A stretch of 64,000 nucleotides of DNA from an uncultured Algibacter sp. (GCF_947487605.1 NZ_CANKXK010000011.1:47759-111758), one strand, 5' to 3'. Positions 8,749 through 18,142 are shown, numbered from the stretch's first letter. A program made the numbers and translations. Notes: generated by a model not told the origin, from the letters alone.

Positions 8749-9116
8749 ACCAAATAACAATTCCGTCATTAGATGTTGCAAGAGCAACAGAATTTTACAA
8801 AACTTTGGGATTGCATCTTATTGTTGATGCAATCCCAAGATATGTAAGGTTTGAATGCCCTAATGGAGACAGCACATTTTCTATTCATAAGGTAGAAGCT
8901 ATTCCTAACAATTCTGGTATAAGTATTTATTTTGAAAATGACAATTTAGATGTTCTTGTTGAAGAACTTCAACAAAAGGGTATTGTTTTTACAGAACTAA
9001 CAGAAGACAAATCTTGGTTATGGCGAGAAGCACATTTGCAAGACCCTGATGGTAATAACATTATCTTGTATTATGCTGGAAAAAACAGGAAAAATCCGCC
9101 TTGGCGAATTAATTAA
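8739..9116 (+). CDS. VOC (glyoxalase/bleomycin-resistance/dioxygenase) family protein
   Basis: 125 aa. Beta-alpha-beta-beta-beta module pattern ending LQDPDGNNIILY. 10-nt overlap with the MFS gene suggests co-translation. Confidence 0.75.
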   Translation: MDLNQITIPSLDVARATEFYKTLGLHLIVDAIPRYVRFECPNGDSTFSIHKVEAIPNNSGISIYFENDNLDVLVEELQQKGIVFTELTEDKSWLWREAHLQDPDGNNIILYYAGKNRKNPPWRIN

Positions 9117-9130
9117 TTATTGTTAATACG

Positions 9131-9541
9131 ATGGAAAAATGGGAAAAATTACCGGTTTTTAAAAAAGCCATGGATATCCAAAAATTAGTAAACTATATTG
9201 TTAAAAGTGTAGAAAATACAGATATTGATTTTGAACATGATATAGAAGCTGAAATGCTAAAAAGTAACCTTAATTATTTAAGAGAAAATTCTATAATTAT
9301 TTCTGCAAAAATTGCAGGTGCTGCAGATGAAAACACGCTTTATGATATTAAAATGGAAAATGCTGCTATAATTAGAAAATCTGCTAGGGAATTAATAACT
9401 GATGTACAAGGTATAGAAATGCATGGATTTAAAGAGATTGAATACTTAGATTTATTGAGAAATGAAGTGGATGAATTTAGAATAATTTTTGCCGAATGGG
9501 TAAAAACTTTTGACTGCTGGAATTATAGTATAGATCGATGA
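9131..9541 (+). CDS. hypothetical helical protein, distantly four-helix-bundle-like; ends at an in-frame TGA that is followed by 29 more open codons
   Basis: ORF track 136 aa. N-terminus KLPVFKKAMDI resembles the paralogue at 10202. See the finding on the TGA at 9539-9541. Confidence 0.6.
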   Translation: MEKWEKLPVFKKAMDIQKLVNYIVKSVENTDIDFEHDIEAEMLKSNLNYLRENSIIISAKIAGAADENTLYDIKMENAAIIRKSARELITDVQGIEMHGFKEIEYLDLLRNEVDEFRIIFAEWVKTFDCWNYSIDR

Positions 9542-9634
9542 GGACTTTTTAATCCTCCTGGTGTGAATTATGATGATATTCATCCTGATGATAATATTCC
9601 TTATAATCCTGAAGATTTTGAAGGGTTGTAAAAA

Positions 9635-10078
9635 TTATTTTATTGGAATAACTTCTTTCTGTTTTACTACTCTAGATAAAACTATTTGTGTTTTTGATTC
9701 TCCATAAGAAATCAATTGGTCTATAAAAGCTTCAAGATGCTTTTGATTTTTTAAAACCACTTCCATAACAATGTTTTCATCCCCAGTAATGCGATAACAG
9801 TTAATTACCTCATCATAGGTTTTTACCTTTTCTAAAAAAGGTTTTAATTTCCCCATAAAAGCCCTTAAAGTAATTATGGCTTTAAGTTGATATCCAATTT
9901 CAAAAGGTGATACTATAGTTTTATACCCCTCTATAATACCAAGATCTTCCATCTTTTTAATACGCTCTGAAACAGCAGGAGAACTTATGCCTACTCGCCT
10001 ACCAATTTCGGCATTAGACAGTCTTGCGTTTTCTTGCAAACACTTTAAAATCTTGCTGTTAATGGAATCTAGATTCAT
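9635..10078 (-). CDS. Lrp/AsnC family transcriptional regulator
   Basis: 147 aa. N-terminal HTH (LQENARLSNAEIGRRVGISSPAVSERIKKME) plus a C-terminal RAM/AsnC_trans_reg domain. Confidence 0.9.
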   Translation of the reverse strand: MNLDSINSKILKCLQENARLSNAEIGRRVGISSPAVSERIKKMEDLGIIEGYKTIVSPFEIGYQLKAIITLRAFMGKLKPFLEKVKTYDEVINCYRITGDENIVMEVVLKNQKHLEAFIDQLISYGESKTQIVLSRVVKQKEVIPIK

Positions 10079-10168
10079 TTAAAGGAAAATTAATATAAAA
10101 TAATTAAAATCCAAAGCAAATATACAATTTTACTTTAAAATCTAAAGTTGAATCTCGTTTCTTGTGAC

Positions 10169-10176
10169 TAATTTTG
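10169..10176 (+). promoter_or_regulatory. -7 box candidate (TAATTTTG) overlapping a single CTTGTGACTAATT unit
   Basis: Exact TAnnTTTG match 26 nt upstream of the ATG at 10202. Confidence 0.35.
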
Positions 10177-10201
10177 GTAAAATTGCTTATAGAATTAGAT
10201 T

Positions 10202-10597
10202 ATGTTACACAATACCCCACCAAATCTATCGGATTTACCGGTTTATCAAAAGGCATTAGAGATTTTTGCGCTTTCTCAAAATATATCTACATACCTAAAT
10301 CACGATCTATCTAATTTAAAAACAGATGGTTCTGAAGATTATAATATTTATTTTTCTGGAGATATTGTGCAACAATCTGTATCATTAGTTCCTGAAATCA
10401 TGAATGCCGAACTAGAACGATACTCTGATAGAAAACATAAACACCTTGATTCTCTAAGACGACTTACCAATAAGCTTTACAAAAATTCTTACAGGTTAGA
10501 ACGCTCAAACAGTAACGGGAAAGATTTTTTACCAATTCTTAGGAGTGAATTAAAGAAGTTTAAGAAGCTTCAAAGTTCTTGGATGCTAACTTTATAA
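10202..10597 (+). CDS. hypothetical helical protein, paralogue-like of 9131..9541
   Basis: 131 aa. DLPVYQKALEIF N-terminus parallels KLPVFKKAMDI of the other protein. Confidence 0.55.
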   Translation: MLHNTPPNLSDLPVYQKALEIFALSQNISTYLNHDLSNLKTDGSEDYNIYFSGDIVQQSVSLVPEIMNAELERYSDRKHKHLDSLRRLTNKLYKNSYRLERSNSNGKDFLPILRSELKKFKKLQSSWMLTL

Positions 10598-10604
10598 GGC
10601 TGCT

Positions 10605-11033
10605 TTAAATTTTCTTGAATTTCTGCCCGCAACCTTCTATACATTGATACCAGAGTATTAAATTTCCTGTTATTGGTAAATCAAAATAAACCTTAGCAGA
10701 ACGAGAAATACAAGTATTAGGTAATATTTCACCATCATTTTGTATATTATTATTAGTATCAGTGATTAACGTATAAGTTCCTGTTTCTACGTCACCAACT
10801 TCAGAAGACATAAAACACAATATGCCATTAGTTTCTACTGTTCCATCTTTAAAAAACTCGATTGTACGGTTACTATTTATAGGCTGAAAAGTTCCGCTAC
10901 CATCTCCTGGGTCAACAAGTTGTTCGATTAGTCTCCATTTTCCTATTAATTCCGTTTCACCAGAAGGTTTTGCATCATCTGATGAACAACATAGAAAAAC
11001 AATTGAAATAATAGTAATTATTAACTTTTTCAT
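10605..11033 (-). CDS. small lipoprotein (lipocalin-like?), function unknown
   Basis: 142 aa. Signal peptide with LCCSS lipobox. The GKWRL start is typical of lipocalin-like lipoproteins. Confidence 0.6.
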   Translation of the reverse strand: MKKLIITIISIVFLCCSSDDAKPSGETELIGKWRLIEQLVDPGDGSGTFQPINSNRTIEFFKDGTVETNGILCFMSSEVGDVETGTYTLITDTNNNIQNDGEILPNTCISRSAKVYFDLPITGNLILWYQCIEGCGQKFKKI

Positions 11034-11141
11034 TTTAACAAGACGTCTTTATCAATAGATGAATAAAACTAGAAATGGTTGCTCTTAAAACAGAAAAAAA
11101 ATGATTTTTATAAGTAAAATAAGATTCTTATGTCTTAATCT

Positions 11142-11276
11142 GGATAAGCGATTCACTCACTTTTTCTGAAATAGAAAAAGTGGTTCTAATAAATTTAATT
11201 TACATTTAAAAGATCCCGAGACTATGCTCGGGATAAGCGATTCACTCACTTTTTCTGAAATAGAAAAAGTGGTTCT
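11142..11276. repeat. two perfect 46-bp direct repeats (11142-11187 and 11231-11276), each containing a 10-bp-stem hairpin, separated by a 43-bp spacer that has its own hairpin
   Basis: GGATAAGCGATTCACTCACTTTTTCTGAAATAGAAAAAGTGGTTCT read twice. Internal stem CACTTTTTCT/AGAAAAAGTG. The spacer contains ATCCCGAG-N6-CTCGGGAT. Confidence 0.85.
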
Positions 11277-11280
11277 CTGC

Positions 11281-14200
11281 TTACATATTTCTGCGATACT
11301 GCCCTCCTACTTCAAACAATGCCTTTGTAATTTGACCTAAAGAACATACTTTACAAACTTCCATTAAGGCTTCAAATATATTTTCGTTATTTATGGCTTT
11401 ATTTTGAAGCGTTTTTAAAAGTGCTTCAGCGTCATTTGACTTATGAAGATTTTCCAAAGTTTTTATTTGAAACTCTTTTTCTTCTTCTGTTGCTCTAATA
11501 ACTTCCGCAGGTAAAACCGTTGGTGATCCTTTACTGCTTAAAAACGTATTTACGCCTATTATTGGAAATTTTCCGTTATGCTTTAAGGTTTCATAGTACA
11601 AACTCTCTTCTTGAATTTTTGAACGTTGATACATGGTTTCCATAGCTCCTAAAACGCCACCGCGTTCTGTAATTCTATCAAATTCTAATAATACTGCCTC
11701 TTCAACCAAATCGGTTAATTCTTCAATAATAAAGGACCCTTGTATTGGGTTTTCATTTTTAGCTAATCCCAATTCTTTGTTTATTATGAGTTGAATTGCC
11801 ATAGCTCTTCGAACAGATTCTTCAGTAGGTGTAGTTATTGCCTCATCATAAGCATTGGTGTGTAATGAGTTACAATTATCATAGATTGCATACAATGCTT
11901 GAAGTGTGGTTCTTATATCATTAAAATCAATTTCTTGAGCATGTAAGCTTCTGCCAGACGTTTGAATATGATACTTCAACATTTGTGCTCTAGCATTGGC
12001 TCCATACTTATGCTTCATAGCCTTTGCCCAAATTTTACGAGCAACACGACCTATTACAGCATATTCAGGGTCTATGCCATTTGAAAAGAAAAAAGAGAGA
12101 TTTGGCCCAAACTTATTGATATCCATCCCTCTGCTTAAATAATATTCCACATAAGTGAAACCATTTGATAAAGTCAACGCTAACTGAGTGATGGGGTTTG
12201 CTCCAGCTTCTGCAATATGGTATCCTGAAATGGAAACAGAATAAAAATTACGAATATTATTTTCAATAAAATACTCTTGAACATCACCCATCAATCGTAG
12301 TGCAAATTCTGTAGAAAAAATACAGGTGTTTTGCGCTTGATCTTCTTTTAAAATGTCTGCTTGAACTGTTCCTCTAACTTGAGCAATGGTTTTTGTTTTA
12401 ATAGCTTGATAAATAGCCTCAGGCAACACTTGGTTTCCAGTAACTCCCAAAAGCATCAACCCTAAACCATTATTTCCTTTTGGTAATTCGCCATTGTATT
12501 TTGGACGCTCTTTTTCTTTATAAATCTTAGAAATTTTAGCTTCTACTTCTTTTTCTAATCCGTTTTCTTTAATGTAGATTTCACATTGTTGGTCGATGGC
12601 TGCATTCATAAAAAAGCCTAACAACATTGGTGCTGGCCCATTAATAGTCATGCTTACAGAAGTCATTGGGTTTGCTAAATCAAAACCAGAGTATAATTTC
12701 TTAGCATCATCCAAACAACAAATAGACACCCCTGCATTACCAATTTTTCCATAAATATCTGGACGATAGTCTGGATCGTTTCCATAAAGTGTTACACTAT
12801 CAAAAGCTGTTGACAAACGCTTTGCTGGCAAACCCGCACTGACATAATGAAAGCGTTTATTGGTTCGCTCTGGACCTCCTTCACCAGCAAACATACGTGC
12901 TGGGTCTTCTCCTGTTCTTTTAAAAGGATACAAACCAGATGCAAAAGGGAACTCTCCTGGAACATTTTCTTGTAAACACCATTTTAATATATCTCCCCAA
13001 GCTTGATATTTTGGAAGTGCAACCTTAGGAATTGGAGTATGTGATAAAGATTCGGTATATGTTTCAATTTTAATTTCTTTATCTCTTACTTTAAAAGAAT
13101 ATATTGGGTTTCTGTATTTATTAACTTTTTCATTCCAACCTAAAATAACTTCCCAATTGTAGGGGTCTAAGTCAAGTTTAACTCTATCAAATTCTGAAAC
13201 TAAAAGTTTTATGAAATCTTTATTATCATCCTTAACCTGTTTCAGAATTTCATCATCCTTTAAACCTAATTTTCCAATAAAAGATCTTTGGACTGCGTTC
13301 ATGGTGACATTCAAAACGGAACAAATGGTTTTATAGATTCCATAAAGCTTTTGAGCAACCTCAGTTTGCTCAATAACCTTCTTGTCATAAGCACGATTAT
13401 TTTCAGCAATCTCAGATAAATATCGTGTTCTTGAAGGTGGGATAACAAAAATCTTCTCGCTCATTTCATTTGAAATCGTGAAAGTCGATTTTAAATCAGA
13501 ATCTATTTTTTCAACTAATTTATCCATCACCGCTTTGTATAGCGTATTCATACCTGGGTCATTAAACTGTGATGCTATGGTTCCAAAAACGGGTAAATCA
13601 TCTTGATGAACATCCCAAAGGTTATTATTACGCATGTACTGCTTTTTTACATCGCGTAGCGCATCCAAAGCGCCTCGTTTATCAAACTTATTTATAGCCA
13701 CTAAATCTGCAAAATCGAGCATATCAATTTTTTCGAGTTGGGTTGCTGCACCAAATTCTGGTGTCATAACGTAAAGCGACACATTAGAATGTTCAATAAT
13801 TTCAGTGTCACTTTGCCCTATTCCAGAAGTTTCAAGAATAATTAAATCGTATTCAGCAGCTTTTAAAACTTCAACTGCTTCGTTTACGTGTTTAGATAAT
13901 GCTAAATTTGATTGACGTGTTGCCAAACTTCGCATATAAACTCTAGAGTTATTAATGGCATTCATTCTAATTCTATCTCCTAATAAAGCTCCACCTGTTT
14001 TTCTTTTTGAAGGATCAACTGAAATAATACCAACTGTTTTTTCTGGAAAGTCTATTAAAAAACGTCTTACTAATTCATCTACTAAACTCGATTTACCAGC
14101 ACCTCCAGTTCCTGTAATCCCCAAAACAGGGGTATTAGATTCTTTATTTTTTAGATGAATTTTATCCAAAGTTTCTTTTGCGATTTCTGGAAAGTTTTCA

Positions 14201-14718
14201 GCAGAAGAGATTACTCTGGCAATAGATTTTGGATTTTTTTTCTTCAACGCATCCAATTCAACATTAAATTGATTGCCTATAGCAAAATCTGATTTTTCTA
14301 CCAAATCATTAATCATACCTTGTAATCCCATTTCACGACCATCATCGGGCGAATAAATTCTACAAATCCCATAATCCATTAAATCCTTTATCTCTGATGG
14401 TAATATGACACCACCTCCACCTCCAAAAATCTTAATATGCTCTGAGCCTCTTTCTTTTAAAAGATCAAACATATACTTAAAATATTCGTTATGCCCACCT
14501 TGATATGAGGTTAAGCAAATAGCATTTACATCTTCTTGAATAGCTGTATTAACAACTTCCTCTACACTTCTATCATGCCCTAAATGGATTACCTCTACAC
14601 CAGTTGCCTGAATAATACGCCTCATAATATTAATTGAAGCATCATGTCCGTCAAAAAGAGATGTGGCTGTAACTATTCTAACTTTAAATTTTGGTTTATA
14701 AGGTGTTTGTTGTATCAT
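11281..14718 (-). CDS. icmF: fused isobutyryl-CoA mutase (B12-binding domain, MeaB-like G-protein and mutase catalytic domain)
   Basis: 1145 aa. N-terminal [14 protein letters not shown]12-binding motif, P-loop GTGGAGKSS, then a long methylmalonyl-CoA-mutase-like TIM-barrel region. This domain order is diagnostic of IcmF. Confidence 0.88.
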   Translation of the reverse strand: MIQQTPYKPKFKVRIVTATSLFDGHDASINIMRRIIQATGVEVIHLGHDRSVEEVVNTAIQEDVNAICLTSYQGGHNEYFKYMFDLLKERGSEHIKIFGGGGGVILPSEIKDLMDYGICRIYSPDDGREMGLQGMINDLVEKSDFAIGNQFNVELDALKKKNPKSIARVISSAENFPEIAKETLDKIHLKNKESNTPVLGITGTGGAGKSSLVDELVRRFLIDFPEKTVGIISVDPSKRKTGGALLGDRIRMNAINNSRVYMRSLATRQSNLALSKHVNEAVEVLKAAEYDLIILETSGIGQSDTEIIEHSNVSLYVMTPEFGAATQLEKIDMLDFADLVAINKFDKRGALDALRDVKKQYMRNNNLWDVHQDDLPVFGTIASQFNDPGMNTLYKAVMDKLVEKIDSDLKSTFTISNEMSEKIFVIPPSRTRYLSEIAENNRAYDKKVIEQTEVAQKLYGIYKTICSVLNVTMNAVQRSFIGKLGLKDDEILKQVKDDNKDFIKLLVSEFDRVKLDLDPYNWEVILGWNEKVNKYRNPIYSFKVRDKEIKIETYTESLSHTPIPKVALPKYQAWGDILKWCLQENVPGEFPFASGLYPFKRTGEDPARMFAGEGGPERTNKRFHYVSAGLPAKRLSTAFDSVTLYGNDPDYRPDIYGKIGNAGVSICCLDDAKKLYSGFDLANPMTSVSMTINGPAPMLLGFFMNAAIDQQCEIYIKENGLEKEVEAKISKIYKEKERPKYNGELPKGNNGLGLMLLGVTGNQVLPEAIYQAIKTKTIAQVRGTVQADILKEDQAQNTCIFSTEFALRLMGDVQEYFIENNIRNFYSVSISGYHIAEAGANPITQLALTLSNGFTYVEYYLSRGMDINKFGPNLSFFFSNGIDPEYAVIGRVARKIWAKAMKHKYGANARAQMLKYHIQTSGRSLHAQEIDFNDIRTTLQALYAIYDNCNSLHTNAYDEAITTPTEESVRRAMAIQLIINKELGLAKNENPIQGSFIIEELTDLVEEAVLLEFDRITERGGVLGAMETMYQRSKIQEESLYYETLKHNGKFPIIGVNTFLSSKGSPTVLPAEVIRATEEEKEFQIKTLENLHKSNDAEALLKTLQNKAINNENIFEALMEVCKVCSLGQITKALFEVGGQYRRNM

Positions 14719-14766
14719 TCGTAATAAAAGTTGTTTTTAAGCGTTGTAATTTACGAAATATTTAAA

Positions 14767-14780
14767 AAATACATGTATTT
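14767..14780. promoter_or_regulatory. perfect 14-bp palindrome AAATACATGTATTT in the icmF/purU divergent region
   Basis: Read directly. Flanked by a looser outer inverted repeat GTTGTAAT ... ATTTACAAC. Confidence 0.35.
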
Positions 14781-14793
14781 ACAACTGAATATC

Positions 14794-14841
14794 TAAAATT
14801 AATCTAAATGAAAAATCATCTAAGTTTTTAGATTAATTTTA
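14794..14841 (+). promoter_or_regulatory. 15-bp perfect inverted repeat (TAAAATTAATCTAAA / TTTAGATTAATTTTA) with an 18-nt loop, just upstream of purU
   Basis: Read directly. Ends 23 nt before the purU ATG. Either a 5'-UTR stem-loop or an operator. Confidence 0.4.
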
Positions 14842-14864
14842 TGCGCTAAATAATTCAGAATTAA

Positions 14865-15719
14865 ATGAATAAAATAATCATACTCATTCATTGTAAAGAT
14901 AAACCAAATATTATTGCATCGGTAACTAATTTTGTTGCTGAAAAAGGCGGGAATATTGTATATCTAGATCAGCATGTCGATAGAGAGCAAGATGTTTTTT
15001 TCATGCGTTTGGAAAGCGAGTTTATTTCTGATGCTTTCTTGACCGAAGATTTTAAAAATGACTTTAAAGATATTTTAGCCGATAAGTTTGAAATGAAATG
15101 GCGCATCTATTCCTCAAAGAAAAAGCCAAAGATGGCACTATTTATTTCTAAATACGACCATTGTTTATACGATTTACTTGGTCGCTATAATTCTGGAGAA
15201 CTAAATTTAGAGATTCCCTTTATTATTAGTAATCATACTAATTTAAAATCGATTGCAGATAATTTTAAAATTCCGTTTTATCATATTCCCGTAACAAAAG
15301 ACACAAAAGACATTGCAGAAGAGAAGCAATTGGCTCTTTTAGAAGAATACAAAATAGATTTTATTGTTTTAGCAAGATACATGCAAATTATATCTAGTAA
15401 ATTAATTAGCAAGTATCCCAACAAAATAATAAACATTCATCATTCTTTTTTGCCTGCTTTTGTGGGTGCAAAACCCTATCATTCGGCTTACAAGCGTGGT
15501 GTTAAAATTATAGGAGCTACCAGTCACTATGTTACAGAAGAACTTGATGCTGGCCCAATTATTGAACAGGATGTTGCACACGTATCTCACACCTACTCTA
15601 TTAAAGATTTAATTGCTAAAGGGCGTGACCTTGAAAAAATTGTTTTAGCAAATGCTGTAAAACTTCATACCAACAGAAAAGTAATGACCTACAACAACAA
15701 AACCGTTATTTTTTCATAA
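14865..15719 (+). CDS. purU: formyltetrahydrofolate deformylase
   Basis: 284 aa. N-terminal ACT domain, C-terminal formyl-transferase domain with NIHHSFLPAF and GPIIEQDV blocks. Confidence 0.92.
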   Translation: MNKIIILIHCKDKPNIIASVTNFVAEKGGNIVYLDQHVDREQDVFFMRLESEFISDAFLTEDFKNDFKDILADKFEMKWRIYSSKKKPKMALFISKYDHCLYDLLGRYNSGELNLEIPFIISNHTNLKSIADNFKIPFYHIPVTKDTKDIAEEKQLALLEEYKIDFIVLARYMQIISSKLISKYPNKIINIHHSFLPAFVGAKPYHSAYKRGVKIIGATSHYVTEELDAGPIIEQDVAHVSHTYSIKDLIAKGRDLEKIVLANAVKLHTNRKVMTYNNKTVIFS

Positions 15720-15788
15720 CGTAATCTTCTTATTATCAATTAACAAGAATACACTTATTAATTATATCATAAAATTAATAAAATTAAT

Positions 15789-15820
15789 TGTGACTAATTA
15801 ATTTTCCTTGTGTCTCATTG
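15789..15820 (+). promoter_or_regulatory. tandem TGTGACTAATT - N7 - CTTGTGTCTCA motif, copy A (upstream of the OmpA-family gene)
   Basis: Both 11-mers are identical to those at 18260-18290. Ends about 40 nt before the ATG at 15858. Confidence 0.45.
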
Positions 15821-15857
15821 ATGTGGAAAATATAACCATTAACTAAATTTTAATTTT

Positions 15858-16955
15858 ATGAAAACAAATTTATTTTTATGTCTAGCGTTTTTGTTAGGCA
15901 TCGGCTTCTCGCAAGCACAAGACTTACCAGCAAATCCTGATCCAGGTAAATGCTACGTTAAATGTATTACCAAAGACGAGTTTAAAGATGTTGAAGAAAC
16001 TATAGAAGTTTATCCAGCATATACGAAGTTAGAAGTAGTACCTGCAACATATAGAACCGTTGAAGAACGTGTTTTAGTAAAAGAAACTTCTAAAAAATTC
16101 GTGTACGTACCAGCAACTTACGAAACTATTGAAGTTCCTTACATTAAAAAAGAAGGAAGAACAGATTTAAGCATTAATCCTGCAACTTTTGGTTCAGATT
16201 CTAGAACTTTCGAAGTATACCCTAAAACATCAGGTTGGGAGTACAAAGAAACTACTTGTGATTCACCAAACAAAGAAGACTGTGTTGTTGCATGTTTTGT
16301 TGAGTATCCAGCACAATTTAGAGATGTAAGTTTTACTACCTTAGCTAATGATGCTGGTACTAGCAATATTCCAATACCAGAAGTACCTACAGTATACAAA
16401 AAACGTGTTATTAAAACACCAGCTAGAATGGATGAGATAGAAATTCCAGCAGAATATACGACTATCAAGCGTCAAGTTGTAGCAACTCCTGCAACTACAA
16501 GAAGTGTAACTGTACCTGCAAAGTCTCAATCTATAACAAGAACTGTTTTAGCTAAAAAAGGTGGTATTACTACTTGGGAAGAAGTTGATTGTGGTCTTTT
16601 AAACGCGAACGTTTTACCAATATTTTATGAATTGGCTAGTGCTAGAATTACACCTGCATCTAAAAAGATAATTGATGAAACTCTATTACCATTACTTAAC
16701 AGCAAGCCTGTAAGCATTGAATTAATGTCTCATACAGATTCAAGAGGTAATGATGATTACAACATGTCTTTATCACAACAACGAGCTAACTCTGTAGTAA
16801 ACTACCTAGTATCTAAAGGTATTTCTAGAAGTAGACTATCTGCTAGAGGATATGGCGAGTCTAGATTAGTAAACCGTTGTGCAAATGGTGTTGAATGTTC
16901 TGAAGCAGAGCATCAAAAAAACAGAAGAACAGAATTTAGAGTAATTGGAAACTAA
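15858..16955 (+). CDS. OmpA-family protein with an N-terminal repeat region (PA.Y.T modules)
   Basis: 365 aa. Signal peptide. Repeated VPATYRTVEE / VPATYETIEV / IPAEYTTIKR modules. C-terminal OmpA_C domain (HTDSRGNDDYNMSLSQQRANSV ... NRRTEF). Confidence 0.85.
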   Translation: MKTNLFLCLAFLLGIGFSQAQDLPANPDPGKCYVKCITKDEFKDVEETIEVYPAYTKLEVVPATYRTVEERVLVKETSKKFVYVPATYETIEVPYIKKEGRTDLSINPATFGSDSRTFEVYPKTSGWEYKETTCDSPNKEDCVVACFVEYPAQFRDVSFTTLANDAGTSNIPIPEVPTVYKKRVIKTPARMDEIEIPAEYTTIKRQVVATPATTRSVTVPAKSQSITRTVLAKKGGITTWEEVDCGLLNANVLPIFYELASARITPASKKIIDETLLPLLNSKPVSIELMSHTDSRGNDDYNMSLSQQRANSVVNYLVSKGISRSRLSARGYGESRLVNRCANGVECSEAEHQKNRRTEFRVIGN

Positions 16956-17001
16956 ACAGTTGGTTAGGGTTAGCTAAATGTTGTTTAGTGGTTTGTTAAT
17001 T

Positions 17002-17033
17002 GGACGTCCTTCTCTCAGGGCGTCCTTTTTTTT
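17002..17033 (+). terminator. intrinsic terminator of the OmpA-family gene
   Basis: GGACGTCC (17002-17009) pairs with GGGCGTCC (17018-17025), including one G-U pair, followed by eight T. Overlaps the last codons of the convergent gene. Confidence 0.6.
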
Positions 17034-18142
17034 ATCTCATATTGTTGGTAACTAACATTTTTCTTCGCTATTGATATCCCGTAATTATCAATCATATTAG
17101 AGACCATTAAATCGAAATACTTATAGTGTATTTGCCAATCATGCAATTCTGTAACAAACTTAGAATTTTCAATTACTATAGGTGTATTTAACAAATTAGC
17201 CAATCTGTAACTAACATCTTGTAATGATACATTATCGGCTTGAATTTCTGAGTCTCCAATTAAAAAATGTGGCGTCTCTACCCCCCAATCTATTTGATTC
17301 GTGTTCCAGAACCTTGGAGATTCAATATCAAAAACGAGTGCTTCTCCAGCAGTTTCTATACTTACATGACCTAAATTTAAAGCATCTAAAATCGTATTCG
17401 ATTTATTAGAATAGGCTGAAGAGTCTAAATTAAATTGTACCTGATAAAAATTATTCAGCTCTGAAGGTATCTTTATTTGATTGCGATACACATTCAATGA
17501 ATATGCTAGAATATCTTGTAGATTTCCTTTCAACTCTAAATAACTAGAGTGCTTTATAATTTGAAATTCATTTCTATGCTCTGTAGATTGTAATTTGGTA
17601 ATACTAAAATCCTTTTTAGGAGACTCCTTAACTTTTACAACTTCCTTTACATAGGAATTAAGTTTAAACATTTTCTCCTTCGAAATTTTCTTACTGTTAC
17701 TATTTAAAAACTTTCTTATGTGATAATTCTTAAAATCAGCAGGATGCCCTTCCCAAAGTTTCTTTCCATTAGCGTTAAATAAAATGCCCTGTGGTAAACT
17801 TTGTATATTATTATGTTTAAACGTTTCTCCTTCAAAATCTATAGCTACAGCTAAATTCATCTTATGTTTTTTCATAAAACGTTTTACAACATCGGCATTT
17901 TCTTGTGTAAGTGAAAGCACGTAAAAATTATTTGGGTACTGACTCTGTAAAGATTCTAAATATTTAGATACATGAATACAAGGCTTACACCAAGTAGCCC
18001 AAAACTCAACAAAATAGAGTGCATTATTATTGCCTTTTGCTATTTGAGACTCTTGAATATGTTCTGAAATTTTTATCTGTCCGAAAAAAAATATCGGAAA
18101 CAAAAAACACAATAAATAAATAACTCTTTTTTTTATGCTCAT
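17015..18142 (-). CDS. thioredoxin-fold (TlpA-like) protein with an uncharacterised C-terminal domain
   Basis: 375 aa. Signal/anchor, then FWATWCKPC (CxxC) in a redoxin-like domain. About 200 aa of C-terminal extension with no family I recognise. Confidence 0.7.
   Translation of the reverse strand: MSIKKRVIYLLCFLFPIFFFGQIKISEHIQESQIAKGNNNALYFVEFWATWCKPCIHVSKYLESLQSQYPNNFYVLSLTQENADVVKRFMKKHKMNLAVAIDFEGETFKHNNIQSLPQGILFNANGKKLWEGHPADFKNYHIRKFLNSNSKKISKEKMFKLNSYVKEVVKVKESPKKDFSITKLQSTEHRNEFQIIKHSSYLELKGNLQDILAYSLNVYRNQIKIPSELNNFYQVQFNLDSSAYSNKSNTILDALNLGHVSIETAGEALVFDIESPRFWNTNQIDWGVETPHFLIGDSEIQADNVSLQDVSYRLANLLNTPIVIENSKFVTELHDWQIHYKYFDLMVSNMIDNYGISIAKKNVSYQQYEIKKRTP

Noticed and set aside
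9539-9541. Selenocysteine or reassigned TGA codon
   Set aside because: Other genes in the window terminate at TGA (for example 17015..18142). No sel genes or obvious SECIS-like hairpin follow, and the context suits a Trp (TGG) to stop mutation.
11142-11276. Possible mini CRISPR array (46-bp repeat, 43-bp spacer)
   Set aside because: There are only two repeat copies and no cas genes anywhere in the window. The spacer is longer than usual and itself forms a hairpin. The repeat does not resemble the long Bacteroidota type II-C repeats I remember. A REP-like or terminator-like duplication is more plausible.
16139-16529. Two minus-strand ORFs (109 and 62 aa) inside the OmpA-family gene, and 18507-18812 inside the DUF4197 gene
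   Set aside because: They are antisense to genes with clear domain signatures and have no independent support.
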